Positions 28,465 to 37,215 of a DNA stretch of 64,000 bases are shown here, in pieces. Made by a program: the position numbers and the translations under genes. Source of the stretch: Nitrospirota bacterium (lineage in GTDB: Bacteria > Nitrospirota > UBA9217); contig OY760142.1 of NCBI GenBank assembly GCA_963663225.1, positions 320,001 through 384,000 on the forward strand, read 5' to 3'. The first letter of the stretch is position 1. Each line of letters starts with the position of its first letter. The notes under the pieces were generated by a model. It did no database searches. It saw only the letters and a program-made list of their open reading frames with translations, and was not told the DNA's origin.

Positions 28465-30496
28465 ACTTCACCACCCCTGTTGTATAGAGTTTTACCGATG
28501 GAGCGATTTCTGCATTTGACAAAACCGTCAACGTAGGAAGGAACCGTTCCGTAATTTTTCTCAGGAACCTTCTCACCGGAACCGAGCACAGAATAATGGG
28601 AAAGCCTCCCCGGAACCTGTCGCCTTTTGCCGCATTATCAATAGCCCGCAACAGCTTCGTGACCATATCCGGCCGGAGCGCACCGCCTTCATCCATAGCC
28701 TGCGAAAGGGCCCGTTCGAACCGGGGATCCAGCGCCATAACATTAATGCTCCCGTCAGACGCCGCGTACTTGCGGGTAATGTACCGCGATAATGTCTGCC
28801 GCACATACTCAGTCAGCTGTTCCACATCCTTGACGGAAGGTGCATAGTCAAGCAGTGTTTCGAGTATCGCCACCAAATCATTGATCGGCACCCGTTCTTT
28901 CAGCAGATTCTGCAGCACGCGCTGCACACCGCCAAGCGTCAGATAGGCAGGAATAAGCTCCTCCACGATCTTGGGATAATTCTTCGAAATTGCGTCAAGC
29001 AAATGCTGCACTTCGGTCCTGGTCAGCAGTTCCCAGGCATGCGTCTTGATCACCTCGGCGATATGCGTCGCCATCGCCGTTGCAGGATCCACCACCATAT
29101 ATCCCCGCGCCTGGGCGTTTTCCACTTCCTCTTCGCGGATCCAGAAGGCGGGCAAGCCGAAAGCCGGTTCTTTGGTCGGAATCCCTTCAATGCGTTCCAT
29201 CTCGCCAGAAGCCATCGCAAGACGATATCCCACCATGACTTCACCTTTTGCCGCCTCAATGCCTCTGAGGGAGAGACAGTATTCGTGAGGCCTGAGTTGC
29301 AGGTTGTCCTTGATATGGATAGAAGGCACGACAAAGCCGAGTTCGCTCGCAAGCTGTCTGCGCATGGCTTTTATTTTGCTCAATAATTCCGACTTTCCTG
29401 ACTCGACAAGCGGTATGAGGCCATATCCGATTTCGAATGTAAGTGGCTCTATTTCCACATACGGTTCGATTTCCGGCTCTGCCTGAGCTTGTGGCGCCGC
29501 CTCATCCTGCTTCTCTTCTTTCTTTTCGGCAGGCGCATTCGCAAGCAGGTACGCCATGCCACCGGATGCAGCAGAGAGAAGGAAGAATGAGAGGTGAGGA
29601 AGCCCCGGGATAATACCGAGCACCGCCATAACACCTGACGCGGTCGCAAGTGACTTCGGGTTGATGAACACCTGACGAGTGATGTCTTTTCCAAGATCGC
29701 TGTCGCTCCCCGCACGGCTGACGATAAGGCCTGCGGTCGTGGAAATAAGCAGCGCCGGCATTTGCGTTACAAGACCGTCACCAATGGTCAGAATCGTATA
29801 GGTCCGGGCCGCGTCGGCAATAGCCATGCCCTGCTGCAGCGTTCCGATGACAAATCCGCCCACTATGTTAATGGCGGTGATGATGAGACCGGCGACGGCG
29901 TCGCCCCGCACAAACTTGCTCGCGCCGTCCATGGCGCCGTAAAAGTCGGCTTCCTGGGCTATGACCGCACGCCGTTTTCGTGCCGTATTCTCATCGATCA
30001 GTCCGGCATTGAGGTCCGCATCGATGGCCATTTGCTTTCCCGGCATGGCGTCGAGGACAAACCGTGCGGCCACCTCGGCGATTCTTCCCGATCCCTTCGT
30101 AATGACGACAAAATTAATGACCACCAGAATCAGAAAAACGGTCAGTCCGACCGCATAATTTCCGCCCACAACGAAATTGCCAAAGGCCTTGATCACTTCT
30201 CCGGCTGCCCCTTCGCCTTCGTTCCCCTTCAAAAGAATCAACCGTGTCGAAGCCACGTTCAAAGCCAGACGGTAGAGTGTCGTCATCAGCAGAATCGACG
30301 GGAACACCGACAAATCCAAGGGTTTCTTGATAAAAATGCCGGTCACCAGAATGACAATGGACAGGGATATAGAAAATGACAGGAGCATGTCCAGCACGAA
30401 CGGCGGAATAGGAAGAATCATGACGCCCAGAATCGTGACAACGCCCAATGCCACCATGATATCCGCCCGGTTTTGAATCATCGTAAGAATGCCCAT
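28454..30496 (-). CDS. flhA: Export apparatus protein FlhA
   Basis: TKGSGRIAEVAARFVLDAMPGKQMAIDADL, FYGAMDGASKFVRGDA, HIKDN. Confidence 0.98.
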   Translation of the reverse strand: MGILTMIQNRADIMVALGVVTILGVMILPIPPFVLDMLLSFSISLSIVILVTGIFIKKPLDLSVFPSILLMTTLYRLALNVASTRLILLKGNEGEGAAGEVIKAFGNFVVGGNYAVGLTVFLILVVINFVVITKGSGRIAEVAARFVLDAMPGKQMAIDADLNAGLIDENTARKRRAVIAQEADFYGAMDGASKFVRGDAVAGLIITAINIVGGFVIGTLQQGMAIADAARTYTILTIGDGLVTQMPALLISTTAGLIVSRAGSDSDLGKDITRQVFINPKSLATASGVMAVLGIIPGLPHLSFFLLSAASGGMAYLLANAPAEKKEEKQDEAAPQAQAEPEIEPYVEIEPLTFEIGYGLIPLVESGKSELLSKIKAMRRQLASELGFVVPSIHIKDNLQLRPHEYCLSLRGIEAAKGEVMVGYRLAMASGEMERIEGIPTKEPAFGLPAFWIREEEVENAQARGYMVVDPATAMATHIAEVIKTHAWELLTRTEVQHLLDAISKNYPKIVEELIPAYLTLGGVQRVLQNLLKERVPINDLVAILETLLDYAPSVKDVEQLTEYVRQTLSRYITRKYAASDGSINVMALDPRFERALSQAMDEGGALRPDMVTKLLRAIDNAAKGDRFRGGFPIILCSVPVRRFLRKITERFLPTLTVLSNAEIAPSVKLYTTGVVKYED

Positions 30497-30521
30497 TCTT
30501 CTTATCTCCTGGTCGCGTACG

Positions 30522-31556
30522 CTATGCGACGCCTTTCAGCTTATAGATGTACGCAAGAATCTTTGCCACTGCACGGTACAGCTCTTCCGGGATGGGTTCG
30601 TTCAAATTCAATTTGTACAGAGTGCGGGCCAACGGTTTGTCTTCCACGATCGGAACGCCGTGTTTGCGGGCGAGCTCTCTGATGTTCGCGGCAACGAGTT
30701 CCGCTCCCTTTGCGACCACCCGGGGGGCGGCCGTCCCGCCCCGCTCATAGCGCAGGGCAACGGCAAGATGCGTCGGGTTGGTTATAACCACAGTCGCCTT
30801 GGGGACTTCCTGCATCATCCGTCTGCGCGCCCGTTCTTTCTGGAGGCTGCGGATTCTCGATTTCATGATGGGGTCCCCTTCTGATTCCTTGAATTCATCC
30901 CTTATATCTTTCTTGCTCATTCTGATGGATCGTTCAAACTGCCATTTCTGCACGAAATAATCGATGACGGCGATAACGGCAAAAAATCCGAAGCCGTACA
31001 TGACCGATTGCGCAATAAGCTTCATGGATGCCGGCATAATTTCCTGCAGATCCATGGCCGACAGCTGAGGAAGAAAAGCGAACGTTTTGCTGATAATAAA
31101 ATAAAATGCCAGACCGCCTGCTATAAATTTCAAAAGGCTCTTGCCGAATTCCATAAGACCTTCAAGCGAGAAGAGACGTTTTATGCCGGTTAATGGGTTC
31201 AGTTTCTCCAGATTCAACTTCATCGGCTTTACCAGAAACCCTCCCTGTGCCACCGAGGAAAGCAGGGCGGCAAGAACGGCAATGGCGAAAAACGGTGCCA
31301 ATATCCAGAATGTCTCCGTTCCTGCGACATACAGCGCTCGAAAAGGATCTCTGCCATACCGGAGGCCGAGCATGTCGCTCATCATCCGTGACAGATGCTC
31401 CATGAGCGATCTGCCGGTAAAATACAGCATAAACAGAATGCCGCTCATGACCGACAGGGCGACCATGTCCCTGCTTCTGACAATCTGGCCTTTTTCCCGA
31501 GCCTCGTCGCGTTTTTTTTGTGTACCGCGTTCTGTTCTGTCTTCTTGTTCCGCCAT
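30522..31556 (-). CDS. flhB: Export switch protein FlhB
   Basis: KESEGDP, NPTH autocleavage motif, PRVVAKG. Confidence 0.97.
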   Translation of the reverse strand: MAEQEDRTERGTQKKRDEAREKGQIVRSRDMVALSVMSGILFMLYFTGRSLMEHLSRMMSDMLGLRYGRDPFRALYVAGTETFWILAPFFAIAVLAALLSSVAQGGFLVKPMKLNLEKLNPLTGIKRLFSLEGLMEFGKSLLKFIAGGLAFYFIISKTFAFLPQLSAMDLQEIMPASMKLIAQSVMYGFGFFAVIAVIDYFVQKWQFERSIRMSKKDIRDEFKESEGDPIMKSRIRSLQKERARRRMMQEVPKATVVITNPTHLAVALRYERGGTAAPRVVAKGAELVAANIRELARKHGVPIVEDKPLARTLYKLNLNEPIPEELYRAVAKILAYIYKLKGVA

Positions 31557-31558
31557 GG

Positions 31559-32311
31559 TTAACCCTTTGCCGCAGCGATGGCCCTCAGCATGTCATCCTT
31601 GATGCCGGTAAAATAATCACCCACCACATAGATGAATACGGGCATGCTGATGATCATCACCAAAAAACCGAGTGCAATGTAGATCGGATATGCAACGAAA
31701 AAGATGTTGATCTGGGGCACCGCCTTGTAAATGAACCCAAGCAGAATATTCGCGATCAGCATAATCGTTACCACCGGGGCGCAGACTTTGATCGCGATAA
31801 TGAACATTTTGCTTCCCATAGCGATGATGGAAAAAACAAGGCTTTGTATATTGAGATGGCCTGCAGGTATCCATTCATAGCTCTTGACGAATATCGTGAT
31901 CAGATCATGATGGGCGTCCATGGAAAGAAAAACGAACATGGCAATGATGCCGTAGACCATGGAAATCTCCGTGGACTGACCCATTTCCGGGTTGAAGACG
32001 GAAGCCATGGAAAGACCGGTTGCGGTGCTCATCAGCTGTCCGGCCATGTCTACAGCGATAAATACAAGCCGGGCTGAAAAGCCGAGGGCTATTCCGAAAA
32101 CGATTTCGCGCATGACTACGATCGGAATTTCCGGCCGTTCGACTTTGAACTCCACTATTGGTGAAAGAATCAGGGCGACGGCAACGGCAAATCCTATTTT
32201 GACCTGTGCCGGAAAGTTGTCGCTGCTCAAAAACGGGAGCAGGCTTACCATGATTCCTGCACGGAGCAGAATAAAAAGAAAGTTCGGTATGTATTGGGTC
32301 AGCAATTCCAT
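31559..32311 (-). CDS. fliR: Export gate protein FliR
   Basis: Multi-TM; AVDMAGQ, DAHH, PQINIFFV. Confidence 0.93.
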   Translation of the reverse strand: MELLTQYIPNFLFILLRAGIMVSLLPFLSSDNFPAQVKIGFAVAVALILSPIVEFKVERPEIPIVVMREIVFGIALGFSARLVFIAVDMAGQLMSTATGLSMASVFNPEMGQSTEISMVYGIIAMFVFLSMDAHHDLITIFVKSYEWIPAGHLNIQSLVFSIIAMGSKMFIIAIKVCAPVVTIMLIANILLGFIYKAVPQINIFFVAYPIYIALGFLVMIISMPVFIYVVGDYFTGIKDDMLRAIAAAKG

Positions 32312-32347
32312 AGTTGTCCTGTCCCGTAATTCTCCGGGAAATTTTAT

Positions 32348-32617
32348 CTACCGTATATACACGGGTATATTCGTGATAATATTTGTTGTAAAGGTCATAA
32401 GCACCCGTGCGATCCACGGGAACAAAATAAAGAGACACAAAAAAACTGCCAGCACTTTCGGCACAAACGTCAGGGTGAACTCCTGTATCTGCGTCACTGC
32501 CTGGAACATGCTTATCAGTAATCCCACCACGAGACTTACGATCAGCACCGGTCCTGAGGCAAGCAGCACGGTTTTGAACACTTCTCCGGAAAGCTCTCGT
32601 ACAACATCCACAGTCAT
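32348..32617 (-). CDS. fliQ: Export gate protein FliQ
   Basis: FQAVTQIQEFTLTFVPK; start ATG overlaps the fliP stop. Confidence 0.95.
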   Translation of the reverse strand: MTVDVVRELSGEVFKTVLLASGPVLIVSLVVGLLISMFQAVTQIQEFTLTFVPKVLAVFLCLFILFPWIARVLMTFTTNIITNIPVYIR

Positions 32618-33246
32618 TGGAAACTCCTTACAATCGAACCTACCACAAGATTCCATCCATCCACCAGGACGAACAGGAGAACCTTGAAGGGGAGCGAAAC
32701 AAGCGTCGGTGGCAGCATCATCATACCCATGGACATCAGGATGCTCGACACCACCATGTCAATAATCAAAAAGGGAAGATATAAAAGAAAGCCGATTTCA
32801 AAAGCTGTTTTCAATTCGCTGATCGCAAAAGCAGGCACCACAATCCGCAGAGGAAGGTCCGCGGGAGTTTCGGGTGTTTTTTCCTTCGCAATGTTCAGAA
32901 AAAGCGCGATGTCTTTTTCCCGCGTCTGCTTCAGCATAAAAGCCTTTGCCGGGGGCGCAGCCCGTTCAAGCGCCTGTTTGATCGTTATGCGTTTGTCCAG
33001 GTACGGGTTCAACGCTTCCTTGGTGATTGTGTCGATCGTCGGCGACATGACATACATCGTCAGAAACAGCGCGAGCCCCACCAGCACCATGTTCGGCGGA
33101 ATCGACTGGGTGCCGAGCGCCTGCTTCAGAAACGAGAGCACGACCACGATCCTCGTAAATGATGTGAACATGATAAGGACCGCTGGCAAAAGCGACAGAA
33201 AGCTTATCAACAGAAAGACTTCTATTACCGGATCATTGATGGTCAT
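32614..33246 (-). CDS. fliP: Export gate protein FliP
   Basis: TSFTRIVVVL, PPN, SELKTAF, MGMMMLPP, LPFK...DGW. Confidence 0.96.
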   Translation of the reverse strand: MTINDPVIEVFLLISFLSLLPAVLIMFTSFTRIVVVLSFLKQALGTQSIPPNMVLVGLALFLTMYVMSPTIDTITKEALNPYLDKRITIKQALERAAPPAKAFMLKQTREKDIALFLNIAKEKTPETPADLPLRIVVPAFAISELKTAFEIGFLLYLPFLIIDMVVSSILMSMGMMMLPPTLVSLPFKVLLFVLVDGWNLVVGSIVRSFQ

Positions 33247-33559
33247 ACAGTGTTTCCTTCAGCTGTTTTAATTTTTTCAGTTTGTCACCCGTTTCTTTCA
33301 CGACGGGTTCGACTTTGATGTCGTCGGACTCATAGGTCCTGAGCAGCCTCACATCCGACGGTGTGACGCCAAGCAGGAGGACCTCCGTCCCGACCTTGAC
33401 CGCGATCAACCCTTTCCTCGGTCCGAGCGACTGGTGCGCCACGACTTTCATCATGCTTCCTGTCATCTGTTGCCTTTTTTTCAGAAAAAGGCCCATCACG
33501 ACGATCAGTCCGATGACGGCCGCAAGGGCAAATGCCATCTGCAGGTATGCGGTAATCAT
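33233..33559 (-). CDS. fliO: Flagellar protein FliO
   Basis: N-terminal TM then LGPRK.LIAVKVG...LLLGVT; between fliN and fliP. Confidence 0.85.
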   Translation of the reverse strand: MITAYLQMAFALAAVIGLIVVMGLFLKKRQQMTGSMMKVVAHQSLGPRKGLIAVKVGTEVLLLGVTPSDVRLLRTYESDDIKVEPVVKETGDKLKKLKQLKETLYDHQ

Positions 33560-33939
33560 TTCAGTTGCCGTATCCTTTCCGTAGGGCTGATGATGTCCGT
33601 AAGCCGGACTCCGAATTTTTCATTTACGACGACCACTTCGCCGCGGGCCACCAGTTTGTCGTTCACCAGGATCTCCATGGGCTCGCCGGCAATCTTTTCG
33701 AGTTCGATCACCGATCCCTGGCCGAGTTGAAGAAGATCTTTGATCAGCATGCGCACTCTGCCGACTTCCACGCTTATTTCAAGGGGAATATCCAGCAGAA
33801 AATCGATGTCCCTTGCCTTTACCTGCCCATTTCCATCATCCTTCAGCTCTTCGAAGGCGGCGCCTTGCGGCTGCACTTTCGGAGCCGCCTGCGGCTGCGG
33901 TGCCTTGGGGGCAGTTTGTACTTGTGCTTGCTCTGCCAT
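33556..33939 (-). CDS. fliN: Motor switch protein FliN
   Basis: LLDIPLEISVEVG, ARGEVVVVNEKFGVR. Confidence 0.96.
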   Translation of the reverse strand: MAEQAQVQTAPKAPQPQAAPKVQPQGAAFEELKDDGNGQVKARDIDFLLDIPLEISVEVGRVRMLIKDLLQLGQGSVIELEKIAGEPMEILVNDKLVARGEVVVVNEKFGVRLTDIISPTERIRQLK

Positions 33940-33954
33940 GTCTGTCTCCTTAAT

Positions 33955-34923
33955 TTAATTGGTTTTCGTCAGTCGTATGGCTTGGTTTCCCCTGCTGTAT
34001 CCTGGCCGTCCGCTGAATTTCGGCACATCTTCAACTGTAACCGTAATGTCGTCTGTTGAACTCTTTCCAAGAGTAATCACGTCTCCAACTTTCAGGCTCA
34101 TCAAGTCTCCGAAAGTCAACCGCGCCCGATCCATCTCCGCGACAACTTTAACCCTTGACCCCATGAGTATTTCTTTCAGTCGTTCCACCCAGCGCTGGTC
34201 GGTCCCGAATTTGTCACTTTGAATGCCGGAATAAATCTTTTCCTTCACCGGTTCGATCATGGAATAGGGTATGCAGAAAAAAAGCTTCCCGGTGAAGTCT
34301 TCGACTTCCACATGAATTTCTATTTTTATGACAATTTCACTCGGCGTAACGATCGTTACAAACTGCGGGTTCATCTCTGCACTCACATGCTCCGGACGTA
34401 TCTGTTCGATGCCGTTCCAGGAGGTTGCCAGGTCATGAAGAGCCATGGTGATGACTTTTTTAATCACCCGCTGTTCAATAGAGGTAAACGACCGGCCTTC
34501 GGATTTGACGTTCCTGACGCTCCCGCCGCCGAAGAAAAACTCCACACATGCGAATACAAATGGAGCTTCAAGCACGCACAGCGCGAACCCTTTGAGCGGT
34601 TCCATCCTGAAGATATTGATGCTTGAAGGAAAGGGAATCGTTTTCATCAGTTCGCCAAACTTGAGGACCTGCACATTCTGCACCGAAGTATCGACAAACT
34701 TCATCATAAATCCGGACACCGAGTTGCGGAAAAGCCTTGCAAAACGCTCGTTTGCCATTTCCAAACCCGGCATTCTGCCCCTGACTATCCGCTCCTGGTT
34801 TGCCAGATTGTACACCCTGATACCGCCCATAAGCTTTTTCTTGGCTTCTTCAGTATCGATATCGCCGGACTGTACGCCCCTCAACAGGGAATCAACTTCG
34901 TCTTGAGAAAGAATGTCATTCAT
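33955..34923 (-). CDS. fliM: Motor switch protein FliM
   Basis: ILSQDEVDSLL CheY-binding N-terminus, FFGGG, EMNPQF. Confidence 0.96.
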   Translation of the reverse strand: MNDILSQDEVDSLLRGVQSGDIDTEEAKKKLMGGIRVYNLANQERIVRGRMPGLEMANERFARLFRNSVSGFMMKFVDTSVQNVQVLKFGELMKTIPFPSSINIFRMEPLKGFALCVLEAPFVFACVEFFFGGGSVRNVKSEGRSFTSIEQRVIKKVITMALHDLATSWNGIEQIRPEHVSAEMNPQFVTIVTPSEIVIKIEIHVEVEDFTGKLFFCIPYSMIEPVKEKIYSGIQSDKFGTDQRWVERLKEILMGSRVKVVAEMDRARLTFGDLMSLKVGDVITLGKSSTDDITVTVEDVPKFSGRPGYSRGNQAIRLTKTN

Positions 34924-35420
34924 TGCATTACAAACTCCGTAAAGTAGAGATTTTTAAAAATTTCTTTTCCGATGGCCAGGTTTGCTCTCAGAAGAAGTTC
35001 ATCCTTAAGCTGAAACTTTCCCTCCGGGCTGGACACGGCATCAACAGACTTGCTGCTCACCAGCGTAATAATGGCGTCCCGCAACTGGGGATTTTTTTCA
35101 GTGACCAGCGGCTGGTTTGCAGCGTCTCCCAATTCAAACTGCATGGAAACTTTCAAAAATCTGCCCTGCTCGGCAAGATTCACAACAAAGGGATCCAGCG
35201 CGATAAGCACTGTTTTTGCCGGCGCTTTTTTCTCTTCATTCTTTGCCTCGGCGGATTTTCCCTTACTTCCCGCAAAATGCATGTAGGCAAAAACACCGCC
35301 CGCGAGGGAAAGCACCAAAATACCGACAATAATCAACAGGCTTTTATTGCTTCCACGCGCCGGTTTCTGTTTCCCTTCTTCCTGCTCTTGCTCATTTTCT
35401 TCTTTTTTTGCCTCGGCCAT
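34920..35420 (-). CDS. fliL: Basal-body associated protein FliL
   Basis: Single TM, FVVNLA, PQLRDAII, LYFTEFVMQ; AGGAGG RBS before MAEAKK. Confidence 0.93.
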   Translation of the reverse strand: MAEAKKEENEQEQEEGKQKPARGSNKSLLIIVGILVLSLAGGVFAYMHFAGSKGKSAEAKNEEKKAPAKTVLIALDPFVVNLAEQGRFLKVSMQFELGDAANQPLVTEKNPQLRDAIITLVSSKSVDAVSSPEGKFQLKDELLLRANLAIGKEIFKNLYFTEFVMQ

Positions 35421-35466
35421 TTGCAACTCCTCCTTGCCATTCAAAGCTCGGCTAACGATCATAGAT

Positions 35467-35484
35467 ATTCAAATTGCATGCCCG
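35467..35484 (-). promoter_or_regulatory. sigma54-type promoter of the fliL operon (non-canonical -12)
   Basis: Minus strand CGGGCATGCAATTTGAAT = GG-N10-GA. Confidence 0.65.
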
Positions 35485-35487
35485 ACG

Positions 35488-35500
35488 CAACATACTGATA
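35488..35500 (-). promoter_or_regulatory. IHF-like site
   Basis: Minus strand TATCAGTATGTTG, nearly identical in sequence and spacing to the site at 10006-10018. Confidence 0.55.
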
Positions 35501-35527
35501 AAAAAGAACTTTACTATTTTCAAGTAC

Positions 35528-35541
35528 GTCAAATTAATGAC
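35528..35541. promoter_or_regulatory. Putative enhancer box GTCA-N6-TGAC
   Basis: GTCAAATTAATGAC, preceded by TAC as at 10056. Confidence 0.55.
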
Positions 35542-35599
35542 TCTGATAAATATTTGCCAAATAATGATGGACGATTTGACGGTATGTGCAAAATCCATC

Positions 35600-35628
35600 T
35601 TGCTTAAAATGCGTCACAACAGTACAAT
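35600..35628 (+). promoter_or_regulatory. sigma70-like promoter of the FliK-like gene
   Basis: TTGCTT-N17-TACAAT, 40 nt before ATG 35668. Confidence 0.45.
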
Positions 35629-35667
35629 TCAACTAATCATCGCCTGAATGAAGGATCCGCAAATACT

Positions 35668-36744
35668 ATGGACAATCCTCTTGCGATAACTGCCGGTCAG
35701 GCAGGAAACCTGTACCCGACCACAAAAACACCACTCTCCCTGCGCCCCGGCCAAGTCATACGGGCAGTCGTGCAGGACATCATTTCCGAGGATACCGTTC
35801 TTCTTCAGTTTGGAAACACGCCCATTCAGGCAAAAACCGATCTTCCTTTGAATGCCGGACAGGTCCTCTTTTTGAAAGTCGACACGCTCGGTAGTGAGAT
35901 ACGACTGCGCGTCACGGCCGGTCCGCAAGAGAACGATGCGGCGCTGGTGGATGCATTGCTGACATCTCTTTCACGGCTGAAAACACTGGAACCGGCCGCA
36001 GCGGGTCTTGAGAAGCTGGCAGGGCTCCTGCATGCAATCCCGGAAGGGATCAAGAACAGGGTTCCCGAGCTTTCCATGCTGGGTAAGCTTTTTTTCCCCA
36101 TCGAAGCGCTGGACGGTGATGCGCTCAAGAAGGCCGTCATTGACAGCGGTGTATTGTTTGAAGCAAAACTGCGTATTATCGCGGAACAAGCAGTACGGGA
36201 GGGGGGGGCGACGGGAGTGCAGATCCCCGGCAGCGACCTTAAAGGAGTCCTTCTTGCCGTCAAGGATGCTCTTGCCGATTCCGGTGTTTCGGGAGCTCTC
36301 CGGGACGCCGGAGTGAGCACACAGCAGCTTAACCAAACACTTGATAAACTTGTCGGAAACATTGAACTCCAGCAGATACAATCAAAGCTCGGAGATACGC
36401 TTCAACTGTTCCTGCCTGTACTCTGGAACGAACTGAAAGAAGAATGGATATCATTCAAAAAAACCAGGAGCAGTTCAGTTGATACCGGCTATGCCTGCAC
36501 CATAAATCTTGAACTCGAACGAATCGGGAAATTGCGGTCCCACGTTCTTTTGCAGTCCGGGCGTATTCACGTTAAAATGATCTGCGACAACCCCGCGTTT
36601 GTGGAAATAATGCGGAATCACTCAGAGCTTCTCGGCAGACAGCTTGAATCCGCCGGTCTGAAAACGGGAGGCATCTCGGCTGCACTGAAGCAGAATCTGG
36701 ACTTCAGCCAAGATGTTTCCACAGGATTGGATTTGCACATATGA
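35668..36744 (+). CDS. FliK-like (hook-length control C-terminal domain) protein
   Basis: N-terminal LRPGQVIRAVV...GQVLFLKV and C-terminal NLELERIGKL...IHVKM...L..AG resembling the FliK T3S4 domain; coupled to an FlhB-C gene. Confidence 0.65.
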   Translation: MDNPLAITAGQAGNLYPTTKTPLSLRPGQVIRAVVQDIISEDTVLLQFGNTPIQAKTDLPLNAGQVLFLKVDTLGSEIRLRVTAGPQENDAALVDALLTSLSRLKTLEPAAAGLEKLAGLLHAIPEGIKNRVPELSMLGKLFFPIEALDGDALKKAVIDSGVLFEAKLRIIAEQAVREGGATGVQIPGSDLKGVLLAVKDALADSGVSGALRDAGVSTQQLNQTLDKLVGNIELQQIQSKLGDTLQLFLPVLWNELKEEWISFKKTRSSSVDTGYACTINLELERIGKLRSHVLLQSGRIHVKMICDNPAFVEIMRNHSELLGRQLESAGLKTGGISAALKQNLDFSQDVSTGLDLHI

Positions 36745-37019
36745 GGGATAAGCAAAGAAAAGCTGCGGCACTAAAATACCAGCGTGGTTCCCAGACTGCG
36801 CCAGCGGTTGTGGCAAAAGGGAAAGGTGCTGTGGCAGACCGTATCATCGCCCTTGCGCGGGAGCACGGCGTCCCCATACGGGAAGACCGGAACCTGGTGG
36901 AGGCCCTTTCCACGCTGGATCTTGACTCTGAAATACCTCCCGAACTCTATAAAGCGGTCGCAGAGGTGCTTGCCTTTATCTATCGATTAAGTGAAGAAAC
37001 CAAAAAGTCCGCGCTCTAG
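36741..37019 (+). CDS. Stand-alone FlhB/EscU C-terminal domain protein
   Basis: AAALKY...APAVVAKGKG..A..II.LAREHGVP...EIPPELYKAVAEVLAFIY, homologous to the post-NPTH part of FlhB in this window. Confidence 0.9.
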   Translation: MRDKQRKAAALKYQRGSQTAPAVVAKGKGAVADRIIALAREHGVPIREDRNLVEALSTLDLDSEIPPELYKAVAEVLAFIYRLSEETKKSAL

Positions 37020-37067
37020 CTGTTGTCGAAGTGTCCGTTCCCTGTCAAAAAAATCTCCGAGTTGCAC

Positions 37068-37094
37068 TTAAGTTATTTACAATAATGCCGATAG
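37068..37094 (+). promoter_or_regulatory. sigma28 promoter of the HD-GYP gene
   Basis: TTAAGTTA-N11-GCCGATAG. Confidence 0.7.
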
Positions 37095-37215
37095 ATACGA
37101 ATAGTAAAATATGCAGTTAAAATCCACATCATTATCGGCACATAACCATCTGAATAATTTGAATATTATCAAAACAAGAACGCACAGACAGCATACAGGA
37201 AAATAACTTTAGTCC

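Noticed and set aside
18006-31519. T8/A8 runs in an MCP gene, cheR and flhB as phase-variation tracts
   Set aside because: A-runs from Lys codons are common across the window; all frames are intact.
37132-37160. Antisense GCCGATAA in the HD-GYP leader
   Set aside because: No matching -35 and no gene to drive.
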